Positions 1 to 7,105 of a stretch of DNA of 64,000 nt are shown here, one piece after another. The DNA comes from a virus. A program made the translations under genes and the position numbers. The notes under the pieces are model-generated. The model ran no database searches and had not been told where the DNA came from. It saw only the letters and a program-made list of their open reading frames with translations. The DNA lies in IMG/VR virus record IMGVR_UViG_3300008262_000024, positions 1-64,000 of that record, one strand, 5' to 3'. Numbering within the stretch: position 1 is the first letter of the stretch; each line of letters begins with the position of its first letter.

Positions 1-279
1 CCAATCTTTAACCAAAGCAATCCTGCCGCTGGTGGGTGGTTCGCAGGTTCTATTGAAACCCGTGAAGTTGAGGGATATGATATTCCTACTGCTGATGGTG
101 GTGTAAGAACAGTAAACACCTATACTACTGTAGTATTTGGTGATACTGATTCACCTGCATTTGAAAGTGCTGTTAAAAGTGCTTTTAGTTCTAAAGGTCA
201 CAATGTTGTAGATGGTAATGTTTCTGAATCTTCAGTAGCAAGCCACCTTGCAGCATTGCAAGCACAAATTGCAGGATAA
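1..279 (+). CDS. 3' end of a gene truncated by the window edge; hypothetical phage protein (possibly ssDNA-binding)
   Basis: Frame 1 is open from base 1 (PIFNQSNPAAGGWFAGSIETREVEGYDIP...AQIAG) to TAA at 277-279 and is followed by a terminator-like hairpin. Confidence 0.7.
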   Translation, partial: PIFNQSNPAAGGWFAGSIETREVEGYDIPTADGGVRTVNTYTTVVFGDTDSPAFESAVKSAFSSKGHNVVDGNVSESSVASHLAALQAQIAG

Positions 280-303
280 TAATTAACAAAGTTGTTGTTT
301 TAT

Positions 304-337
304 AAAACTAGCCTCATTATTTTTGGGGCTAGTTTTT
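304..337 (+). terminator. Rho-independent terminator-like hairpin
   Basis: AAAACTAGCCTC...GGGGCTAGTTTTT inverted repeat with T-run after the ORF end. Confidence 0.7.
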
Positions 338-339
338 AT

Positions 340-441
340 AGTCAGGTGGCGGAATGGTAGACGCTAAAAATGTAAGGAGGGAAGACATATCAAAAATCCC
401 GAAAGAAGGACTCCATACAGGTTTAAATCCTGTCCTGACTA
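340..441 (+). ncRNA. tRNA-like element / pseudo-tRNA (Leu-type D arm, no canonical anticodon arm)
   Basis: Acceptor stem AGTCAGG/CCTGACT, D arm GGCGGAATGGTAGACGC, T arm ACAGG-TTTAAAT-CCTGT; the central ~52 nt do not form a 5-bp stem with 7-nt anticodon loop. Confidence 0.7.
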
Positions 442-445
442 TAAA

Positions 446-529
446 TGTGTTGTTCCCTTGAGAAAGGAATATTAGAAAGAACTGAGACTAAATGTTCGAG
501 TCTCACAACACAGAGGACTTCTCATCCTC
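446..529 (+). ncRNA. Putative structured RNA with kissing-loop pseudoknot
   Basis: Stems TGTGTTG/CAACACA, TTCC/GGAA, TGAGACT/AGTCTCA and GAGGA/TCCTC; loops TGAGAA (459-464) and TTCTCA (519-524) are complementary. Confidence 0.55.
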
Positions 530-535
530 AAAATT

Positions 536-609
536 GGTTCTGTAGCTCAGTTGGATAGAGCAACAGCCTTCTAAGCTGTGGGCCATAGGTTCGAATCCTA
601 TCAGAATCA
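536..609 (+). tRNA. tRNA-Arg(UCU)
   Basis: Cloverleaf: GGTTCTG/CAGAATC acceptor stem, TAGCTCAGTTGGATAGAGC D arm, ACAGC-CTTCTAA-GCTGT anticodon arm, ATAGG-TTCGAAT-CCTAT T arm; CCA not encoded. Confidence 0.95.
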
Positions 610-640
610 CAACTATAGGGGTATAGTTTGTGTGTTTGTG

Positions 641-673
641 ATAAGTGGTAGTGTAATGCTACCACTTATTTTT
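641..673 (+). terminator. Rho-independent terminator
   Basis: ATAAGTGGTAG/CTACCACTTAT stem followed by a T-run, closing the small-RNA cluster. Confidence 0.75.
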
Positions 674-696
674 AATAACAAGATTAAATTAACAAT

Positions 697-912
697 ATGA
701 CAGAAACAGCAGTACAATATTTAAAAAGAATGGTGTTCCCATATCTTACACATGAACAAAAACTACTAACAGGTCAGTTTTTTGTAGAATCTGAAAACAT
801 GGAAAAACAGCAAATAATGAAGGCTGTATATGATTCTATGGGTACTAATTTTGACCCTAATATGGGTAGAGCTGAACAATATTATAAAGATAAATATGAA
901 CGTAATACTTGA
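697..912 (+). CDS. Hypothetical phage protein
   Basis: 71-aa ORF with an A-rich upstream leader; overlaps the next gene. Confidence 0.7.
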   Translation: MTETAVQYLKRMVFPYLTHEQKLLTGQFFVESENMEKQQIMKAVYDSMGTNFDPNMGRAEQYYKDKYERNT

Positions 913-1138
913 ATTTGGAGATGATGAAACCAAAGAAGCTGAAACAGCATTAAATGGTTGGAAATGGAAACTAGCTATGTATGATTTAGACCAAATTTTA
1001 CGTAGCACAGTTAAACATAATGTTAGTATTCTTAATAACAATCAACAAGCTACTGATGCAGAAATAAATGTAGCTGATAAGATTAGAGAAGAACTTAGAG
1101 AAATACTTCAACAATATAATTTAAACTTAAATGATTGA
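896..1138 (+). CDS. Hypothetical phage protein (start re-called at ATG 896)
   Basis: In frame with ORF 830..1138; the MNVILEF start avoids a long overlap with the upstream gene. Confidence 0.7.
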   Translation: MNVILEFGDDETKEAETALNGWKWKLAMYDLDQILRSTVKHNVSILNNNQQATDAEINVADKIREELREILQQYNLNLND

Positions 1139-1556
1139 TTTAAAGAATGATATGAAGAATATCTATAATGATTGGTGTAAACTAAATATGAAAGATATAA
1201 ATGCAATGAGAGAAGAATTTGCAAATTCTAAATTTGTAAAAGATGATCAAGGTAAAGAGAAGTTTACTATGATTCCACAATTAGCAATTAAAGAAGTTGC
1301 TAAAGTATTTACACATGGTGCTGATAAGTATGGTAATTTTAATTATTCTAAACAAGGTGATGTATTAAGATATATAGATGCATTACATAGACATACTAAT
1401 CAGTATTTATCAGGTGAAGATATGGATGAATCTGGTGTACATCATTTAGCTTGTGTAGCAGCTAATGCATTAATGGCATTAGATGGTATATTAAACAAAA
1501 CAATTACTGATAATAGAAACAAGGCTTATGAAAGTACTTCAATTTATAGAAGGTAA
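1131..1556 (+). CDS. dATP/dGTP diphosphohydrolase domain protein (DUF5664-like)
   Basis: KDDQGK...VFTHGADKYG..NY...YIDALHRH...DESGVHHLACVAAN pattern typical of this phage family. Confidence 0.85.
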   Translation: MIDLKNDMKNIYNDWCKLNMKDINAMREEFANSKFVKDDQGKEKFTMIPQLAIKEVAKVFTHGADKYGNFNYSKQGDVLRYIDALHRHTNQYLSGEDMDESGVHHLACVAANALMALDGILNKTITDNRNKAYESTSIYRR

Positions 1557-1800
1557 TCTTAAAATGTTAGGTGATAAGTTAAATCTATTACCTATACATG
1601 AAAAAGAACAAGTATTATACAGATCTGAAATCTGTAAGAATGATTGTATGAAAAAAGGTAAATGTACATATTGTGGATGTTCTGTACCTGGTAAATTATA
1701 TGTTAAAAAATCATGTAATAAGGGTAAAAGATTTCCTGATATGATGAATGCTGAAGATTGGAATCAGTTTAAATCTGACAATAATATTACAATATCATGA
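1528..1800 (+). CDS. Small Cys-rich (putative Zn-binding) protein
   Basis: CKNDC...CTYCGC...C; ATGA overlap with the polymerase start. Confidence 0.7.
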   Translation: MKVLQFIEGNLKMLGDKLNLLPIHEKEQVLYRSEICKNDCMKKGKCTYCGCSVPGKLYVKKSCNKGKRFPDMMNAEDWNQFKSDNNITIS

Positions 1801-3680
1801 AAAGAGTATGGGTATTTGACCTAGAAACTCTTGATGTATTTACAGCAACTTATCTAGATAAAGATTCTGATGAAACCAGAGTATTTGTTATAGATAATGA
1901 GCTAGATGATAGAGAGTTAATGTTTGAATTTCTAGATAATGAAGTAGCAGGTCTTATAGGTTTTAACTCTATAAACTTTGATGCTCAGATTCTAGAATAT
2001 ATGTACAGGAATCCTGATTGTACACCTGGTGATATAAGGAGATATGCTCAAATTATAACATCAGATAATGATAGACAGTTAGATGTTCCTGAGTGGAGAT
2101 TAAGACATAAGCATTTAGATTTATACAGAATACACCATTTTGACAATAAGAATAAAAGAACAGGTCTTAAATGGTGTGAGTTTTCTATGGACTTAGAGAA
2201 TATAGAAGATATGCCATCTGATGGTGAAGGTGAGAATTGGTTACAAATGATTCTCAGTTATAATCTAAATGATGTTATTGCTACTAAAGAATTGTACAAG
2301 AGAACTATTGATATGATAGAACTTAGAAAGCAATTAACTAAAATGTATGGTATTAATCTAATTAATGCATCTGACAGTAAGATAGGTTCAGAACTTACTC
2401 TGAAGTTATATTGTCAGAAGACAGGTAAAAATATAAAAGATGTTAGGTCTATGAGAACTTATCGCAAATCTATCAAGATAGGTGATATTATATTCCCATA
2501 TATCAAGTTTAACTCTGATATATTTAACCTAGTACTTAATCATTTTAAGAATCTAGAAATAAAAGATACTAAATCAGGTTCTGAATTTAGTGTTAATTAT
2601 AAAGGTTTTCAATTTGATTATGGTAGTGGTGGTATTCATGGTAGTATATCTAATAGCATAGTAGAATCTAATTCAGAGTATGTTATTATAGATGCAGATG
2701 TTTCTAGTCTATATCCCAGTATTGCAATTGTCAATGGTTTATATCCAAGACATTTAGGAAGAGAGTTTGTTGATATATATAATCAAGAAATTGTTGTTCC
2801 AAGATTAGTTGCAAAGAAAGAAGGTAATAAGGTTCTTGCTGATGGATTTAAGTTAGCAGCTAATAGTGTATATGGTAAATCTAATGATGTGTATTCATGG
2901 TTATATGATCCACAATATACTATGGCAACAACTATTAATGGTCAGTTATTATTAACTATGTTAGCAGAGATGCTAATGAAGATTGATGATAGTAAGCTAA
3001 TTCAGATTAATACAGATGGTCTAACTATGAAGATTCATAGAGATAATATTAATCAGTATTATGAGATATGTAACAAATGGATGAAAATTACTAAACTAGA
3101 ACTAGAGTATGTAGAATATTCTAAGATGATTATATTTGACGTTAATAACTATTTAGCATTTTATACTAATGGAAAATACAAAGCAAAAGGTAGGTGTGAA
3201 TTTGAAAACATACCTTTGCACAAGAATAAATCTTTTGCCATTATACCTAGAGCGTTCTATGAATATCATAAGAATAATGTTGAACCTGTAGAATTTATTA
3301 CTAATCATGACAACATATATGATTTTTGTGCTGGTGTCAAATCTAAGAGATCTGATAAAAAAGGTGGTAATTGGTATCAGTTACATTGGGTAGAAGATGG
3401 TGATTATAAAACCAAGAAACTATCTAAAACTGTCAGATACTATGTGTCTAATAAGGGTGCTACATTGATGAAACATTCAGAAGATGGTAGTCAGTCACAT
3501 GTGGAAGCTCCTGTTAGAAAGGGTAATAGAATACTAAAAGATTGGAAAGTAACTTATTTTAATAAATCTGTTAAACATGATGATTTTAGCAAATATGATA
3601 TAGATTATAAATATTATATTTCTAAGGTAAATGAGTGGATTACAGACATAAAAGATAGAAAACAGCTTTCTTTATTTTAG
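1797..3680 (+). CDS. polB: Family B DNA polymerase with 3'-5' exonuclease domain
   Basis: Exo motifs FDLET, GFNSINFD, YNLND; Pol motifs DADVSSLYPS, KLAANSVYGK, QINTDG. Confidence 0.95.
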   Translation: MKRVWVFDLETLDVFTATYLDKDSDETRVFVIDNELDDRELMFEFLDNEVAGLIGFNSINFDAQILEYMYRNPDCTPGDIRRYAQIITSDNDRQLDVPEWRLRHKHLDLYRIHHFDNKNKRTGLKWCEFSMDLENIEDMPSDGEGENWLQMILSYNLNDVIATKELYKRTIDMIELRKQLTKMYGINLINASDSKIGSELTLKLYCQKTGKNIKDVRSMRTYRKSIKIGDIIFPYIKFNSDIFNLVLNHFKNLEIKDTKSGSEFSVNYKGFQFDYGSGGIHGSISNSIVESNSEYVIIDADVSSLYPSIAIVNGLYPRHLGREFVDIYNQEIVVPRLVAKKEGNKVLADGFKLAANSVYGKSNDVYSWLYDPQYTMATTINGQLLLTMLAEMLMKIDDSKLIQINTDGLTMKIHRDNINQYYEICNKWMKITKLELEYVEYSKMIIFDVNNYLAFYTNGKYKAKGRCEFENIPLHKNKSFAIIPRAFYEYHKNNVEPVEFITNHDNIYDFCAGVKSKRSDKKGGNWYQLHWVEDGDYKTKKLSKTVRYYVSNKGATLMKHSEDGSQSHVEAPVRKGNRILKDWKVTYFNKSVKHDDFSKYDIDYKYYISKVNEWITDIKDRKQLSLF

Positions 3681-3688
3681 TAATTTTG
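3681..3688 (+). promoter_or_regulatory. Bacteroidota primary-sigma -7 element (TAnnTTTG)
   Basis: TAATTTTG ending 5 nt before ATG 3693. Confidence 0.55.
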
Positions 3689-3692
3689 TTAC

Positions 3693-4583
3693 ATGAAATC
3701 TGTTACTATTATTCTAATGTTAATGTGCTCTGTGCTTAATGCACAAGAGTTTGTAAGAATAGAAGACAGTATTATTGTATATAACCTCAGATTAAGTTCT
3801 GCTTGTGACACATCTAATTTATCATTAAACAAAACCAATTTATTACCAAATTCTTATGATTACCTTGAAAACAATAACTTTTGTTATAGCATTTCTCCTC
3901 CTGCCAGTAATATTACCTATTCCTTTAGTTTTACTCCTAGTGTGTCTAGCACTTATATCATCAATGCTGGATATAGTATTTTATCTTGTGTTTCTACTGT
4001 GTTTAACAGTGTTTTACTTTACGACAATACTACCTGTCAGTTGGTTGGAGAAGGGTTTATCTTTTCTTTACAAGAAGGGCACACCTACACATGGACAATA
4101 GATGCAACTACATCAGGTCCATTCTGTCAAGGATTCTCAAGTATATGTCCATATTATTTAGATATAGGACCATTAGCTGTTGAACTTATTGAATTTGAAG
4201 GATTTTATTATAGTGGCTATATAGATTTAAAATGGACAACAGCATCTGAAAGTAATTCACATTATTTTACAATATATAGATCTGATAATTTTACAAATTT
4301 TAAACCTATTGGTAAGATAGATGCTGCTAGATATTCTAATAATCTAAAAGATTATTGTTTTAGAGATGATAAACCATTAGAAGGTGTATCATATTATAAA
4401 CTTGTAGAAACAGATTATAATGGTTATAGTACTGAATATAGTGTTATTAGTGTTTATAATCCTGATAAGTTAGAATATGAAGTTTATGATGAATTTGGTA
4501 GACCAACAAATCTAAATTCATCTGGTTTTAAAATAATAAAATATAAAAATGGTTCTATTAGTTATAGATATATAGTTCAATAA
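3693..4583 (+). CDS. Secreted host-like protein with Ig-like domain and probable short T9SS type-A-like C-terminal signal
   Basis: Signal peptide (MKSVTIILMLMCSVLNAQ); PLAVELIEF..LKWTTASESNSHYFTIYRS..SYYKLVETDYNG..YS domain typical of Bacteroidota T9SS cargo; ends VYDEFGR..GFKIIKYKNG..YRYIVQ. Confidence 0.8.
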   Translation: MKSVTIILMLMCSVLNAQEFVRIEDSIIVYNLRLSSACDTSNLSLNKTNLLPNSYDYLENNNFCYSISPPASNITYSFSFTPSVSSTYIINAGYSILSCVSTVFNSVLLYDNTTCQLVGEGFIFSLQEGHTYTWTIDATTSGPFCQGFSSICPYYLDIGPLAVELIEFEGFYYSGYIDLKWTTASESNSHYFTIYRSDNFTNFKPIGKIDAARYSNNLKDYCFRDDKPLEGVSYYKLVETDYNGYSTEYSVISVYNPDKLEYEVYDEFGRPTNLNSSGFKIIKYKNGSISYRYIVQ

Positions 4584-4601
4584 ACAACAACAATAAGAAA
4601 A

Positions 4602-4790
4602 ATGGAAACAATTTTAAAAATTATATGTAGTGTAATACTTTTATCAGATGGTAGTCAAAATATAAGTCACTACAAATTATATTATCAGCAAGGATATTTT
4701 TGTTCTGATGAGATAACAAGAGCCCAACAAGTTATTTTAACAGGAGTGGTGATGAAATCACATTTGAGAAAACAGAAGAAAACAAGGTAA
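4602..4790 (+). CDS. Hypothetical protein
   Basis: 62-aa ORF filling the gap, A-rich leader. Confidence 0.55.
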   Translation: METILKIICSVILLSDGSQNISHYKLYYQQGYFCSDEITRAQQVILTGVVMKSHLRKQKKTR

Positions 4791-4792
4791 TT

Positions 4793-5002
4793 ATGACAGG
4801 TTATGAACCAAATTACATGAGATTTGTAATGCATGGAGATTATAAAATGGTAGATCCAAGTGGTGGACCATATCTTCAAATAGGAACTAATCTAAAGTAT
4901 TATTTTGATGTAAATGAAGATATGATTATATCTGACATGATGTTTAACAAAGGTCACATTGTATTTATTTTAAAAGATGGAAACCAAAATTCTCAAAAAT
5001 GA
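4793..5002 (+). CDS. Hypothetical phage protein
   Basis: 69-aa ORF with VDPSGGPY motif, tightly packed. Confidence 0.65.
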   Translation: MTGYEPNYMRFVMHGDYKMVDPSGGPYLQIGTNLKYYFDVNEDMIISDMMFNKGHIVFILKDGNQNSQK

Positions 5003-5558
5003 AATTTGGAAAGATGTACCTTCTTTTATAGGAATATTACAAGTTTCTAATTTTGGTAGAATAAAACGTCTAGCTAAATATAGAAATACTAAGAGTAATG
5101 GTAAAGCTTATATGTTAGATAAGATATTAAAACAATCTATATCTACTTATGGTTACTATAAAATTTGTATATCTATTGATAATAATAGACATGATTTACT
5201 TGCTCATAGATTAATAGCTGAAGCTTTTGTTCCTAATCCTGATGTCAAACATCAGATAAACCACATCAATGGGATTAAGACAGATAACAGCATTGATAAT
5301 TTAGAATGGGTTAGTTGTAAAGAAAACATAAGACATGCTCATGCTGCTGGTTTATCAGCAATGCAACCTAGAGGTGCTGCAAATAAACTATCTGAAAAAT
5401 TATATCAATATGATTTAGAAGGTAATTTTATTAAAGAATGGACAGGTATTAGAGAAGCTTGTAATCAACTTAAAATTGACAGATCAAACATGAATCGCCA
5501 TCTTAATGGTAAAATTAAAATTTTAAAAAACAACAAATTTTCAAAAACAAGATTATGA
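4977..5558 (+). mobile_element. Free-standing NUMOD4-HNH-NUMOD1 homing endonuclease gene
   Basis: EIWKDV..QVSNFGRIK (NUMOD4); HRLIAEAF..INHINGIKTDNSIDNLEW..ENIRH (HNH); QYDLEGNFIKEW..IREA (NUMOD1/HTH). Confidence 0.92.
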
Positions 5559-6400
5559 AGATTATTAAACAAAAAACTAAGACACTCGTAACACGAGATA
5601 ATGGACGTAGCTCAGATGCTATTAGTCCTAATTTTGTGTACGGGTGTCTTTGACTTGGTGGTTGTATGAATTCCTACTGCTATGTAGGTAGACATAATGA
5701 TAGTAAAGTATTTGTCAATGAGAATGTTGATGCAATACTAATGTCTATTTATAATTGGTCTACATCTCAAAGATGGCCCAAAGTACCAAATCAAGTAGAT
5801 GAGAAATACTATGTTATTGATATAGGTTGTAGTACAGATGTATGTTTACATGGTAAGTATTATGATTGGCAAAAGGTTTTTGACTTTTTTAACAATCATC
5901 CATGTTTAAAATCTACATTTGCAACCAAATATCCATCCAGATTTAGAGACTATAATTTAGTTAAGGATAAGCACAGAATTAGAGTTAGTTTGATGCCACA
6001 AGTTTATTCAGATATTCTAGAACCTAATACAGATAGTATAGATACTAGAATTAGTATGATACCTAAACTTCAAGAGAAGATGGAGGTACATCTTAATTTT
6101 AGTCCTATCATATATCATGATAATTGGCTAGAACATTACAGAGAGTTATTTGAGAAACTAAAAGGTATAGATTTTAAGTCAGAATGTATATTCTTGACTT
6201 ATAATAATGTACAGTTTATCAAGAATGACAAACAAGTTAATGAACTATGTTGGAAACCTGAAATTCAGGAAAGAAAAGATTCACAGTATGCTGCTGATAA
6301 CATCAGATACAAATGGGATTTGAAAGCTCAGATGATTAAAGATTTCAAGGCTTTATACAGTGAATACTTTGACCTATCTACAATCAGGTACATATTTTAG
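5555..6400 (+). CDS. Spore photoproduct lyase-like radical SAM protein, interrupted by an in-frame TGA at 5651-5653
   Basis: ATG 5555 overlaps the HNH stop and reads MKIIKQ...SSDAISPNFVYGCL*LGGCMNSYCYV, in frame with ORF 5666..6400; downstream DIGCSTD, TFATKY, RIRVSLMP, EP.T..I..RI, VHLNFSPII and IRYIF resemble SPL-family proteins. Confidence 0.8.
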
Positions 6401-6408
6401 TATCTTTG
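6401..6408 (+). promoter_or_regulatory. Bacteroidota -7 promoter element
   Basis: TATCTTTG ending 5 nt before ATG 6413. Confidence 0.6.
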
Positions 6409-6412
6409 TAGT

Positions 6413-6655
6413 ATGAAACAACTGGTAATAATAGCATTGTTATTTGCTTCTTGCAGAACTAATTATATTATTACAGAACATATAGAAGTAACTATGAAAG
6501 ATAATAGTAGAGATACTGTTAAATTAGTTTATTTTGATGAAACTGTTATTGATAGTTATGTGCAAGAATGGTTGTTGAAAAATAATAATATTGATCCAAA
6601 ACAAGTATTATCAACAAAAACTATAAGAAAGGAAAGACGTAAAGCATTTAAATAA
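6413..6655 (+). CDS. Putative small lipoprotein
   Basis: MKQLVIIALLFASC lipobox-like signal. Confidence 0.7.
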   Translation: MKQLVIIALLFASCRTNYIITEHIEVTMKDNSRDTVKLVYFDETVIDSYVQEWLLKNNNIDPKQVLSTKTIRKERRKAFK

Positions 6656-6861
6656 TGAGAGCTATACTCTTATTACTGTGCTTGGTGTCTTGTACTCCTA
6701 GTTTTCATGACTCTCATTATAGGAAGAGGTATGTTCCTAATAAATGGGTTAGAAAACATGTACCAGTAATTAAAACTGGCACATATAGAAACCCTTTAAT
6801 TAAAAAAGAAATCAGGCAACAAATGCTTGTACCTAAAACAATAAATTTAGATAAATGGTAA
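6655..6861 (+). CDS. Putative small basic lipoprotein
   Basis: MRAILLLLCLVSC lipobox-like signal; coupled by TAATG overlap. Confidence 0.65.
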   Translation: MRAILLLLCLVSCTPSFHDSHYRKRYVPNKWVRKHVPVIKTGTYRNPLIKKEIRQQMLVPKTINLDKW

Positions 6862-6862
6862 T

Positions 6863-7105
6863 ATGACACATTTAAGAACAGCTGTAATTAAAAGATCAGA
6901 TTTCACACTTGAAGTATCAGGTTATTTTGAAGAAGGTGAAGCTCAAACATGGGATCATCCTGGTTCAGCAGATCAATTTGAGATTAATCATGTAGAATTA
7001 ACAAGTGGTACATTAACAGATTTACTATACTGGTTAGATGGTAAGAAGCATTGTATTGATGAAATAAGAGATTACTGTTTAGAATATTTTGATGAGTACG
7101 ACTAA
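6863..7105 (+). CDS. Hypothetical phage protein
   Basis: 80-aa acidic ORF, tightly packed. Confidence 0.7.
   Translation: MTHLRTAVIKRSDFTLEVSGYFEEGEAQTWDHPGSADQFEINHVELTSGTLTDLLYWLDGKKHCIDEIRDYCLEYFDEYD

Noticed and set aside
446-529. Theta/HDV-like or hammerhead ribozyme after the tRNA-like element
   Set aside because: Stem order and lengths do not fit the HDV nested double pseudoknot, and the hammerhead CUGANGA/GAAA core is not properly placed; kept only as an unclassified structure.
1131-1556. 2-aminoadenine (Z) genome system
   Set aside because: No PurZ-like synthetase in the window; the diphosphohydrolase domain alone is not enough evidence.
5651-5653. Selenocysteine at the in-frame TGA
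   Set aside because: The TGA does not occupy a Cys ligand position, insertion would leave CX5C spacing, and no clear SECIS hairpin follows.
4977-5660. Group I intron containing the HNH gene
   Set aside because: The HNH ORF overlaps both neighbours, leaving no non-coding room for an intron core, and no split exon pair flanks it.
5648-5669. prfB-style +1 frameshift at CTT TGA C as the route to full-length protein
   Set aside because: The +1 frame reads GAC TTG GTG GTT GTA TGA and stops at 5667-5669; the coding sequence continues in the original frame.
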